Shown: in pieces, positions 18,137-27,514 of the stretch
How positions within the stretch are numbered: the stretch's first letter is position 1
Layout: every line of letters starts with the position of its first letter
NCBI GenBank assembly: GCA_903915725.1
Contig: CAIWTY010000068.1
Location: 5,211-69,210, forward strand
Length of the DNA: 64,000 nt
Direction: 5' to 3'
From: an uncultured Rhodopila sp.
GTDB taxonomy: Bacteria; Pseudomonadota; Alphaproteobacteria; Acetobacterales; Acetobacteraceae
Program-made: the position numbers and the translations under genes
The notes under the pieces: model-generated
Databases searched by the model: none
The model's input: only the letters and a program-made list of their open reading frames with translations
What the model was told of the DNA's origin: nothing

Positions 18137-19171
18137 ATGCGGCTTGGCATCACGGCGGGGATGACGGGAGCGCACCCGACGCTCGACATGGAACTGATCC
18201 TGGAGGCGGAGCGTCTGGGGTTTTCCCAGGTCTGGACCGGGGAATCCTACAGCACCGACGCGGTGTCGCCGGCGGCGTGGATTCTGGCTCGGACAACGAA
18301 GATCAAAGCAGGAACGGGAATCATGCAGATGCCCGCCCGGACTCCGGCCTGTGCGGCGATGACGGTGCTGTCGTTGCAGGCGTTGTCGGCCAACCGGTTC
18401 CTGTGCGGTGTCGGCCCGTCGGGGCCGCAGGTCGTGGAAGGCTGGCACGGCGTGGCCTACGGTAAGCCGGTCCAGCGGACGAAGGAATATATTGGGATCA
18501 TCAGGCAGATTCTGGCGCGCGAGAAACCGCTGGAATTTCATGGCGACCAGTATTCGATTCCTTATGAAGGGCCGGATGCCACCGGGCTGGGTCGGCCGTT
18601 GCGCAGCATCGCGCACGGTGATCCGAATGTTCCATTTTATACCGCATCGATCACCCCGGCCGGCCTTCGCATGGCGGGCGAAGTCGCCGATGGCAATCTG
18701 CCGATTTTCTTTTCCCCGGACGCGCCGGACGTGGTGACGGGTCCTACCCTGGATGGGCGCCGGAAAGTGGGCAAGACGATGGAGGGGTTCGATACCGCTC
18801 CGTTCGTGCGGGTCAGGCTGGGACCGGATGTGGCCGCCTGCCGCGACGCGATCCGGCCGGAACTCGCGCTTTACATAGGTGGCATGGGCGCGCGGTCGAA
18901 GAATTTCTACAACGCCATGGTTTCGAAGATGGGCTTTGAGGCCGAGGCGCGCGCTGTCCAGGATTTCTATCTGGATGGAAAGAAGAATGAAGCCGCCGCC
19001 GCGGTGCCGGATGCATTGATCGACGCAATCTCGCTGTGCGGCCCGGTCGAGCGCGTCAAAGACCGGCTTGACGCCTGGAAGGACGCGGCCAAGGCCGGGC
19101 ATGTCGGCACGCTGATAGCGCTCGGCGCTAATGTGGATGCGCTGCGTGTGCTGGCGGAGGCCGTTCTGTAG
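18137..19171 (+). CDS. LLM-class probable F420-dependent oxidoreductase (Rv3520c-like)
   Basis: VWTGESYSTDA, QMPARTPA, SGPQVVEGWHG, LYIGGMGARSKNFYN. Confidence 0.85.
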   Translation: MRLGITAGMTGAHPTLDMELILEAERLGFSQVWTGESYSTDAVSPAAWILARTTKIKAGTGIMQMPARTPACAAMTVLSLQALSANRFLCGVGPSGPQVVEGWHGVAYGKPVQRTKEYIGIIRQILAREKPLEFHGDQYSIPYEGPDATGLGRPLRSIAHGDPNVPFYTASITPAGLRMAGEVADGNLPIFFSPDAPDVVTGPTLDGRRKVGKTMEGFDTAPFVRVRLGPDVAACRDAIRPELALYIGGMGARSKNFYNAMVSKMGFEAEARAVQDFYLDGKKNEAAAAVPDALIDAISLCGPVERVKDRLDAWKDAAKAGHVGTLIALGANVDALRVLAEAVL

Positions 19172-19489
19172 GCCCGGGTGTTGCGTCCGTAAAGGCTAAT
19201 TGCCTGTCGGCGTAACGCAACGGTCCCCGCGGCGTAGCGCCGGCTGCCGTGAACACCAGGCCCTTGCCTTACGAGATTATTCAACCTACGGCTGACGTAA
19301 TATATAGAAGCCGTTTCGTCAACCCGGCCTGTACAATAGCTAACGACCATCCAGTGCCGCGCATAGTCCAGACGCGTAAGCCGGGCCTTGGCATGCATAA
19401 GCTCCCGAACGCCGCGACAAAGCGGATTGCCTATTCGCGTGAAACTTATATAACACGATATCAGATAGCACTTATAGAATGAGAACGCG

Positions 19490-20836
19490 ATGCCGCCGAC
19501 CGCTCGAAAGCTTAACCTGAACCTGTTCATCTACCCGGGCGGCCACCATGAGGCCGCCTGGCGCTACAAGGATTCGCAGCCCGGGCGGGCGCTCGACATA
19601 ACCTTCTACCAGCAGCTTGCCCAGCGAGCCGAGGCGGCGAAGCTGGACGCGGTGTTTTTCGCCGACGGCCCGGCGCTGGCCGACAACATCCGTTTCGCCA
19701 GCCGGTTTCGCCTTGAACCGCTCACCTGGCTTTCCGCCATCGCTGCCGCAACCACCCGCATCGGGCTGATCGGCACCGCCTCCACCACCTATACCGAGCC
19801 TTACAACCTGGCTCGGCAGTTCGCGTCGCTGGATCATCTGAGCGGCGGCCGTGCGGGTTGGAACATCGTTACGACCAGCGCGGCCGCCGCCGCGCCGAAT
19901 TTCGGGTTGAGCGATCATCCGGTCCACGCTGACCGCTACGACCGTGCGCGGGAATACCTCGATGTCGTCAGCAAGCTCTGGGATAGCTGGGAAGACGACG
20001 CGCTGGTTGTCGATCCAGAGTCGGGCATTTTTGCCGAAACGGACAAGATTCACACGATCGACCATGTCGGGCGTCACTTCAAGGTCGCCGGCCCGCTGAA
20101 TCTGCCGCGCAGCCCGCAGGGACGTCCGGTCTATGTCCAGGCGGGATCATCGGACGAGGGACGCTCGTTCGCCGCCCGTTATGCGGAGGCGATTTTCACC
20201 GCGCACCAGACGCTGGAAAACGCTCAGGCGTTTTACGCCGACATCAAGCGGCAGGCCGCCGCTCTGGGGCGCAACCCCGATCACATCAAGATTCTTCCGG
20301 GCATCAGCCCGTTTATCGGCGGCACCGAAGCCGAGGCAAAACGGTTGGAGCAGGACTTCAACAATCTGATCCAGCCTGAATATTCCCTCGGCCAGTTACG
20401 CCGCATGATCGGCATCGATCTTTCCGGCCACGATTTGGATGGACCGTTTCCGCGGCACCTGGTGCGAACGGAAAGCGAACTCGGTGTCGCCAGCCGTTTC
20501 AGGGTGGTGCTGGATATCGTCGACCGGGAAAAGCCGACGATCCGGCAGCTCATTCAACGACTGGCTGGCGCTCGCGGCCATCAGGTTGTCGCCGGCACCC
20601 CGGAACAGATCGCCAACACAATCCAACTTTGGTTCGATAACGGCGCGGCCGACGGTTTCAACGTCATGCCGCCCTACCTTCCCGGCGGCTTCGATGTATT
20701 CGCTGCCGAGGTGCTGCCGCTCCTGAGAGGACGGGGAATTTTCCGGGAGGACTATGAGGGCACGACGTTGCGTGATCATTTCGGCCTGCTGCGGCCGGAC
20801 AGCGTGTTCGCGCATCGGCTGAAGGCATCCGCATGA
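19490..20836 (+). CDS. NtaA/SnaA/DszA-family flavin-dependent monooxygenase
   Basis: GHHEAAWR, AKLDAVFFAD, TASTTYTEPYNLARQFASLDHLSGGRAGWNIVT, QAGSS, REDYEGTTLRDHFGL. Confidence 0.9.
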   Translation: MPPTARKLNLNLFIYPGGHHEAAWRYKDSQPGRALDITFYQQLAQRAEAAKLDAVFFADGPALADNIRFASRFRLEPLTWLSAIAAATTRIGLIGTASTTYTEPYNLARQFASLDHLSGGRAGWNIVTTSAAAAAPNFGLSDHPVHADRYDRAREYLDVVSKLWDSWEDDALVVDPESGIFAETDKIHTIDHVGRHFKVAGPLNLPRSPQGRPVYVQAGSSDEGRSFAARYAEAIFTAHQTLENAQAFYADIKRQAAALGRNPDHIKILPGISPFIGGTEAEAKRLEQDFNNLIQPEYSLGQLRRMIGIDLSGHDLDGPFPRHLVRTESELGVASRFRVVLDIVDREKPTIRQLIQRLAGARGHQVVAGTPEQIANTIQLWFDNGAADGFNVMPPYLPGGFDVFAAEVLPLLRGRGIFREDYEGTTLRDHFGLLRPDSVFAHRLKASA

Positions 20837-21837
20837 AACGATGGCTCAATCTTGGCGCGGTGACCGCGGTCTTCATTGCGTTCTCGCTGATCGTGGTGAA
20901 GAACGCCCCCGGAAATGTCGGCCAGACACTGGTGAACGTATCTTATGATCCCACCCGGGAGCTCTATGCGTCGCTGAATCCGCTTTTCGCGGCATCATAC
21001 GAGAAGGAAACCGGCCATCGCCTGGCGATCGTTCAATCGCATGGCGGGTCGTCCCGCCAGGCTCACAGGGTGATCAGCGGTGAGCAAGGCGCCGATGTTG
21101 TTACGCTCGGCATGTTTTCCGATGTCGATGCCCTCCGCAAGCGCGGCCTGATCGCCGCAAACTGGGCCGATCGGCTTCCAAATCACTCGATGCCCTACAC
21201 GTCGACGATCGTATTCGTCGTGCGGAAAGGCAATCCCCTTCATATCAGTGACTGGCCGGACCTGTTGGCACCGGGACTGGAGGTCGTAACCCCCGATCCG
21301 CGGACCTCCGGCAATGGCAAGCTGGCAGCGTTGGCGGCCTGGGCCGCGACTACCAGCCGCGGCGGAACCGACGGTGCGGCCAGCGCCTATCTGACGGCGC
21401 TATATCAACACGTCAAAGTCCTGGATGAAGGCGCCCGCGGTGCTGCAACGACCTTCGCGGTTCAGGAAATCGGCGATGTCCACCTGACCTGGGAGAACGA
21501 AGCCCTGCGGGAGGTCGACGCCTCCAAAGGCAGGTTGCAGATCGTTTATCCGCCGGTCAGCATCCTGGCGGAACCTTATGTCGCCTGGGTCGATCGCGAG
21601 GTGGCGCGCGACGGGAATCTCGCAGCCGCCAAGGCGTACCTGAACTTCTTGTTCAGTGACAGCGCCCAGGAAACGATCGCCCGCCTGGGTTATCGCCCGA
21701 GCAAGGGCGGCGCGGCATTTCCCCCGATAACACTCGTTCCGGTCACATCGATCGCCCGAAGCTGGGAAGACGCGAACGAAAAATTCTTTGCCGAGAACGG
21801 CATCATCGACACGATCATGGGCGGACGGCCGCGATGA
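20833..21837 (+). CDS. Sulfate/thiosulfate-binding protein (Sbp/CysP family), paralog 1
   Basis: NVSYDPTRELY, QSHGGS, PYTSTIVFVVRKGNP, TPDPRTSGNG, GDVHLTWENEA; hydrophobic N-terminal segment. Confidence 0.88.
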   Translation: MKRWLNLGAVTAVFIAFSLIVVKNAPGNVGQTLVNVSYDPTRELYASLNPLFAASYEKETGHRLAIVQSHGGSSRQAHRVISGEQGADVVTLGMFSDVDALRKRGLIAANWADRLPNHSMPYTSTIVFVVRKGNPLHISDWPDLLAPGLEVVTPDPRTSGNGKLAALAAWAATTSRGGTDGAASAYLTALYQHVKVLDEGARGAATTFAVQEIGDVHLTWENEALREVDASKGRLQIVYPPVSILAEPYVAWVDREVARDGNLAAAKAYLNFLFSDSAQETIARLGYRPSKGGAAFPPITLVPVTSIARSWEDANEKFFAENGIIDTIMGGRPR

Positions 21838-23579
21838 GGCAGTGGATCGACAGCTACAGAAAGAGCTTCCGGCAGGACCTGGTTGCGGCACTGACAGTTG
21901 CCGCGATTTCGTTGCCGCAGGGCATGGCCTACGCTCTTTTGGCAGGCGTCGATCCGCGGTTCGGGCTTTATTCTGCTATTGTAGTAACCGGTATTGCTTC
22001 TATTTTCGGATCCTCATCGCATCTGATCAACGGGCCGACCAGCGCGATTTCGCTGGTGGTTTTCAGTGCGCTGTCGATTTTCGATCCCGACCAACGGGTC
22101 GAGGCCGCCGAAGCAATGTTTCTGCTGGGCGCCATGGTCGGCTCGATCCAGATATTCATTGCGGTTTTTCGGCTCGGCGATCTAACCCGTTACATTTCAG
22201 AATCGGTCATCCAGGGTTTCATGAGCGGGGCGGCTTTCCTGCTCGCCGTGGGCCAGATCAGCAATGCCCTGGGCGTCCGGGACAAAGGAACTGGCGCGCA
22301 ACATATCCTCTATCGGCTTTGGATGACGCTTAGTGCGGGCGACGCTGTCAATTCGAAAGCGCTGACTGCGACGGCGGCAACGCTGGTCCTGGCCTTGTTG
22401 TTTCGGCATCTGGTTGGCAGGTACCGCCTACCGAAGTTCGACATGCTTTGCGTGCTGGTCATTGTCGGTATCGGCACCTGGCTCGCCGGCTGGACGATTC
22501 CGGGGCTTGACGGCAAGACCGCCATCGGTGTGGCCGGGACAGTCCCGAGCAGCCTGCCGGGGTTTCACATACCGGCGATAAAGCTGAGTTGGGCCTGGGA
22601 CTTTGCGTCCGACAGTGTCGCGATCGCCTTTCTCGGCTTGCTGGAAGCGCTGGCGATTGCGAAGGCGATCGCCAATCAGACACGCCAGCAATTGGACTTC
22701 AACCGCCAGTGCCTGGCCGAGGGAATCGCAAATCTGACAGGCGCCTTCTTCCAATGCCTCCCCGGCTCCGGCTCGCTGTCGCGCTCCGCAATCAATTTCC
22801 AGGCCGGCGCGGCGACGCGATTCTCCGGAGTTTTGACGGCCGGGATTGTTGCTATCGCAGTTATCGCGCTCGCACCGCTGGCACGGTTCGTGCCAAAGCC
22901 GGCGTTAGCGGCGCTACTGCTTCTGACGGCCGCTCGGTTGATCGATTTCAAGCGCCTGGCATTTACGCTGCGGACGTCGCGAATGGATACGTTCATCGTC
23001 GTCGCAACCTGCTTGTCCGCGTTAGCCTTCGGCCTCGATCTGGCTATTCTGATTGGTGTTGCGCTATCGATCCTGCTGTTTGTGCCGCGGGCGGCGAAAT
23101 TGAAAGTCACAGAGCTGGTCATCGATCCCGACGATGTGGTTCGCGACAGACTGCCAGCCGATCGGCTGAACTTCGGCTTCCTGATTTTCGACCTGGAGGG
23201 GGAGTTGTTTTTTGGCGCCGCCCCCGAATTGGGCCGCACTTTTGAACGCATCGAAGCCCGGGCGCATGAGCAGGGCTTGGACCACGTGCTGCTGCGCCTG
23301 AAACGAGTTCGCAACCCGGACGTCGTGAGTATCGAGCAGTTCGAGCATTTTCTGAAGCACGCTCAGGTAGCCGGCATCGAGGTTTGGCTGGCAGGGGTGA
23401 ATCCCGATTTGCTGGAAGCTTTTCGGCGGGCGGACTTTTCGGCCTGGTTTCCGGTTGATCATGTGTTCCCGCAGGCCGCGGACGAAGAAACCGCGACGCT
23501 GGCGGCCATACGGCGCATTCGGTGCGAGATTAGAAAGGGCGAACCCGCCGAGGCGGACGTGCTGTTCTATTCCGTATAA
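21834..23579 (+). CDS. SulP/SLC26 anion transporter with STAS domain
   Basis: DLVAALTVAAISLPQGMAYA, GLYSAIV, GPTSAIS, GSLSRSAIN, C-terminal GELFFGAA STAS domain. Confidence 0.9.
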   Translation: MRQWIDSYRKSFRQDLVAALTVAAISLPQGMAYALLAGVDPRFGLYSAIVVTGIASIFGSSSHLINGPTSAISLVVFSALSIFDPDQRVEAAEAMFLLGAMVGSIQIFIAVFRLGDLTRYISESVIQGFMSGAAFLLAVGQISNALGVRDKGTGAQHILYRLWMTLSAGDAVNSKALTATAATLVLALLFRHLVGRYRLPKFDMLCVLVIVGIGTWLAGWTIPGLDGKTAIGVAGTVPSSLPGFHIPAIKLSWAWDFASDSVAIAFLGLLEALAIAKAIANQTRQQLDFNRQCLAEGIANLTGAFFQCLPGSGSLSRSAINFQAGAATRFSGVLTAGIVAIAVIALAPLARFVPKPALAALLLLTAARLIDFKRLAFTLRTSRMDTFIVVATCLSALAFGLDLAILIGVALSILLFVPRAAKLKVTELVIDPDDVVRDRLPADRLNFGFLIFDLEGELFFGAAPELGRTFERIEARAHEQGLDHVLLRLKRVRNPDVVSIEQFEHFLKHAQVAGIEVWLAGVNPDLLEAFRRADFSAWFPVDHVFPQAADEETATLAAIRRIRCEIRKGEPAEADVLFYSV

Positions 23580-23736
23580 CCAACGATACCCGGCGAAAAC
23601 ATGCCCACTCCCCCGATCTGCCGCGCCGATCGACCATTGGCGCAGCGCCCGGGGTTCGAACGACGGAACCATGGAATGCCGTGATTCACGTCAACACTTG
23701 AGCAGAGGATGCCAACGCGCTACTGACGCCGCTTAC

Positions 23737-23826
23737 GGATGGGTGGCCGAGCGGTTTAAGGCAGCGGTCTTGAAAACCGCCGTACGTGTAAGCGTACCGT
23801 GGGTTCGAATCCCACCCCATCCGCCA
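23737..23826 (+). tRNA. tRNA-Ser, anticodon TGA
   Basis: GGATGGG acceptor/CCCATCC-G-CCA; D loop GCCGAGCGGTTTAAGGC; anticodon stem GCGGT-CTTGAAA-ACCGC; long variable arm; GGTTCGAATCC T loop. Confidence 0.97.
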
Positions 23827-23912
23827 CCAGAACCATTCTAAACCATTGCCCCCGGCACAACCGGGCCAAAGACCTGATCATTGACCGCCAACCCCAAACC
23901 CGGCGCGTCCCG

Positions 23913-25082
23913 CTACCCGACCGACGCATAAACCGCCGCCTCGAACCCATCCAGCGCCTCAAGCACGGTTCTATCGGCAAACGGCAGCACCTGGGTCATC
24001 AGCACCCCGGCCACCTTGCGTACCGGATCGAGCCAGTAATACGTGTTGTTCAACCCCGCCCAGGCCAGGCTGCCCGCACTTCGCCCTGCCGGACCCGGCT
24101 CAGTATTGATCAGAAAACTCAGTCCCCACTTCTTCGCCATCCCCGGGAACAGCTCGACATCGTTGGACATGCGCGGCATCCCGCTCACCATTGGCTGCAC
24201 CTCCAGCGCGCCCATGTGGTTCTGCCCCATCAGCGCCACCGTCTCCGGCCGCAGGATCCGCGCGCCCTCCAGCTCTCCCCGGTTCAGCAGCGCCCGAAGG
24301 AACCGGATGTAGTCGGGCGCGGTGGAGAACAGCCCGCCTCCGCCGGTATAAAACTCCGGCCCCGCCGCCCGCGGCAGCGCAATCGGATGCAACGATCCGT
24401 CGGCCTGCCGCGCATGCACCGCGGCCAGGCGACTGTCCCACTCGGGCCGCTGGATGAAGCTGGTATCGGCCATGCCGAGCGGCGCGAAGATGTGCCGCTG
24501 AAAATAGGCCTCCAGGTCCAACCCGCTGGCCGCCTCCACCATCCGGCCGGCAATATCGATGTTGGCGCCGTATTCCCACCGCTCCCCGGGATCGAACGCC
24601 AAAGGCGCGTTCAGCGCCGCGAGTCTGGCCGATCGAATGCCCGGCAGGTGGGTTACGTCCTGGTAGCGGTTCATTGACGCGTTCCAGATGTCGTAGACGA
24701 AACCCGCCGTGTGGGTCAGCAACCGCCGCAGCGTAATCTCCGTCCGGGGCGGCCGCAGCACGGGCTGGCCGGCGGTGTCGAAACCCTCCAGCACTTGCGT
24801 TTCGGCCAGAAACGGCAGGATCTCCCGCGCCGGCTGGTCCAGCGACAGCGTCCCCTGCTCGGTCAACTGCATAGCCGCGGTGGCGGTGATCGCCTTGGTC
24901 ATCGAGGCGATGCGGAACACGGTATCCGTCGTCATCGGCTCGGGCAGCGCCACGCCGCGGCGGCCGAACCCGGACTGATAGATCACGCCCCGGTCGTCCG
25001 CGGCGGCCGCCACCAGCCCGGCGATCCTGTTGCCGCTGACAGCCGCCGCGAGGCCTGAATCAATAGAAGATAGGCTGGTCAC
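23913..25082 (-). CDS. Serine hydrolase, beta-lactamase-like family
   Basis: FRIASMTKA (SxxK), LLTHTAG, FDPGERWEYG, GGGLFST, WAGLNNTYYWLDP. Confidence 0.9.
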   Translation of the reverse strand: MTSLSSIDSGLAAAVSGNRIAGLVAAAADDRGVIYQSGFGRRGVALPEPMTTDTVFRIASMTKAITATAAMQLTEQGTLSLDQPAREILPFLAETQVLEGFDTAGQPVLRPPRTEITLRRLLTHTAGFVYDIWNASMNRYQDVTHLPGIRSARLAALNAPLAFDPGERWEYGANIDIAGRMVEAASGLDLEAYFQRHIFAPLGMADTSFIQRPEWDSRLAAVHARQADGSLHPIALPRAAGPEFYTGGGGLFSTAPDYIRFLRALLNRGELEGARILRPETVALMGQNHMGALEVQPMVSGMPRMSNDVELFPGMAKKWGLSFLINTEPGPAGRSAGSLAWAGLNNTYYWLDPVRKVAGVLMTQVLPFADRTVLEALDGFEAAVYASVG

Positions 25083-25172
25083 TGGGCTGTGCTTCCTGAT
25101 GCCGGCTCGGGCTTTGAACTAACACCGGCCCCCCCGGCTCGCAAACCCTCGCCCAGCACCGGCCGATACCGC

Positions 25173-26015
25173 TCAATTGCCTTCGAATACCGGCCGCTGC
25201 TTGTCCACGAACGCCCGATAGGCCCGGCCGTAATCGCGCGTCTGCATGCAAATCGCCTGAGCCTGCGCCTCGGCCTCGATCGCGTCGTCCACCTGCATGC
25301 TCCATTCCTGGTGGATGCAACGCTTGGTCATGGCATGAGCGAAGGTTGGCCCCGCGGCCAGCGACGCCGCCAGCTTCTGGGCCTCCTCCAGCACCGCCGA
25401 AGGCTCGCACAGACGGTTGTAGAAGCCGAACCGCTCGGCTTCGGCGCCGTCCATCGCCCGGCCCGTATACAGCAGGTCGGCCGCCCGGCCCGCCCCGATG
25501 ATCCGCGGCAGGATGTTGCAGGCGCCCATGTCCGCGCCCGCCAGGCCCACCCGGGTGAACAGGAAGGCGACCTTGCTGGCGGGTGTGCCGAGCCGCAAAT
25601 CCGAGGCCATGGCGATGATCGCACCGGCACCGGCGCAGATGCCGTCGATGGCGGCGACGATGGGCTGCGGACAGGCGCGCATCGCCTTCACCAGGTCCCC
25701 GGTCATGCGGCAGAAATCCAACAGTCCCTGCATGTCGCCGGCTTCCTGGAGGCGCACCAGCGGACCAATGATTTCGTGCACGTCGCCGCCCGAGCAGAAA
25801 TTGCCGCCGGCGCCGGTGACCACCACCGTCTTCACCGCGTCGGCATAGGTCAGGCGGCGGAAGGTGTCGCGCAGTTCGGCATAGGATTCGAAGGTCAGCG
25901 GGTTTTTCCGCTCCGGCCGGTTCAGCGTGATGGTGGCCACCTTGCCGTCCAGCGACCACCGGAAATGCTTCGGTTCGAAGCTGGCGGCGTCGATGCGGTC
26001 ATGGGTCATTGGCAT
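25173..26015 (-). CDS. Enoyl-CoA hydratase/isomerase family protein
   Basis: [42 protein letters not shown]; start at MPMTHD with GGGAG RBS. Confidence 0.9.
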   Translation of the reverse strand: MPMTHDRIDAASFEPKHFRWSLDGKVATITLNRPERKNPLTFESYAELRDTFRRLTYADAVKTVVVTGAGGNFCSGGDVHEIIGPLVRLQEAGDMQGLLDFCRMTGDLVKAMRACPQPIVAAIDGICAGAGAIIAMASDLRLGTPASKVAFLFTRVGLAGADMGACNILPRIIGAGRAADLLYTGRAMDGAEAERFGFYNRLCEPSAVLEEAQKLAASLAAGPTFAHAMTKRCIHQEWSMQVDDAIEAEAQAQAICMQTRDYGRAYRAFVDKQRPVFEGN

Positions 26016-26137
26016 TTCTTGTTGCTCCCGTGTTGTGGACGGAAGGCGGCACCGGATGGCTTCGGGTGTTCGCCATGGCCGCCTCCCTGCCTTGCCGTGA
26101 CGGGACCGGTTGATTCCGGCCCGGCCTCCGCATACAC

Positions 26138-26155
26138 TGAATGAACGTTCATTCA
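26138..26155. promoter_or_regulatory. Perfect 18-bp palindrome TGAATGAACGTTCATTCA, candidate repressor operator
   Basis: Exact dyad in the spacer between two divergent genes. Confidence 0.65.
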
Positions 26156-26309
26156 CAAGCGGATCATGCCTGACCTCGTCATGCAAATCCGGAGGCCGGG
26201 CCAACCGGCGACGCAAGCCGCAGCAGGGAAAGGAAACAGATCATGGCCGGCATCGACCTCGTTTCGGTAAGCGCCTCTGGCATCGGCCGGGCGATGGGGG
26301 GCTGAACAG

Positions 26310-27467
26310 ATGCCGGACGTCTCTTTTATCGACTGGCCGTTCCTGGACGATCGGCACCGCGACTTCGCGCAGCGGCTGGACGCCTGGGCAGCTGCGCATA
26401 TCGATCCGCGGCCGCACCATCCCGGCGAAGACATCGATGCCGCCTGCCGCAGCCTGGCCTTGCAACTGGGGGAGGCCGGCTGGCTGGACGCCTCCGTTCC
26501 GGCGGGCGGCGCCGCGGCGCTGGACGTGCGCACGCTGTGCCTCGCACGCGAGATCCTGGCGCGGCATTCCGGCCTCGCCGACTTCGTGTTCGCCATGCAG
26601 GGTTTGGGCAGCGGGCCGATCACGCTGTTCGGCAGCGCGGAGATGCGGGAGCGGATATTGCCGGCGGTGCGCGCTGGCCGCTCTCTGGCCGCATTCGCCC
26701 TCAGCGAGCCCGATGCCGGCTCGGACGTCGCGGCGCTCGCCACCACGGCGGTGCGCGTGCCGGGCGGCTGGCGGCTGGACGGCGAGAAGACCTGGATCAG
26801 CAACGGCGGCATCGCCGGGCACTATGTCGTATTCGCCCGCACCGGTGAGGCGCCCGGTGCGCGCGGCCTGTCGGCTTTCCTGGTGGAAGCGGGCACGCCC
26901 GGGCTGACCATTCCGCACCGCATCGAAGTGATCGCGCCGCACCCGCTGGCGACTCTGCGCTTCGACACCTGCATCGTGCCGGACGCCAATCTTCTCGCCT
27001 CGCCGGGCGAAGGCTTCAAGGTGGCGATGGCGACCCTCGACGTGTTCCGCACCACCGTCGGCGCGGCGGCTTTGGGGTTCGCGCGGCGCGCCCTCGACGA
27101 GGCCACCGCCCGCGCGCGAGGGCGGCGCATGTTCGGCAAGACGCTGGCCGACATGGAGACCACCCGCGCGCGCATCGCCGACATGGCGCTGGCGATCGAT
27201 ACCAGCGCGTTGCTGGTCTACCGCGCCGCCTGGGCACGAGACACTTCGGGCGGCGGCCGGATCACGCGCGAGGCGGCGATGGCGAAGCTGCACGCGACCG
27301 AGTCGGCCCAGCGCGTGATCGACGATGCCGTGCAGATCTTCGGCGGGCTCGGGGTCACCTCCGGGGTGAAGGTGGAGGAACTGTATCGCGAGATCCGGGC
27401 GCTGCGGATCTACGAAGGCGCTTCCGAGGTGCAGAAGCTGATCATAGCGCGAGAAGTGCTGGGCTGA
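26310..27467 (+). CDS. Acyl-CoA dehydrogenase family protein
   Basis: [56 protein letters not shown]. Confidence 0.92.
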   Translation: MPDVSFIDWPFLDDRHRDFAQRLDAWAAAHIDPRPHHPGEDIDAACRSLALQLGEAGWLDASVPAGGAAALDVRTLCLAREILARHSGLADFVFAMQGLGSGPITLFGSAEMRERILPAVRAGRSLAAFALSEPDAGSDVAALATTAVRVPGGWRLDGEKTWISNGGIAGHYVVFARTGEAPGARGLSAFLVEAGTPGLTIPHRIEVIAPHPLATLRFDTCIVPDANLLASPGEGFKVAMATLDVFRTTVGAAALGFARRALDEATARARGRRMFGKTLADMETTRARIADMALAIDTSALLVYRAAWARDTSGGGRITREAAMAKLHATESAQRVIDDAVQIFGGLGVTSGVKVEELYREIRALRIYEGASEVQKLIIAREVLG

Positions 27468-27514
27468 AGGGCACCTCGCCCCTGCCTAACCGCCGATCGT
27501 TGACGGCTAAATCA

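Noticed and set aside
19410-19426. TGGCATGCATAAGC sigma54-like motif before the monooxygenase
   Set aside because: Spacing is 9 nt and the TT before GC is missing.
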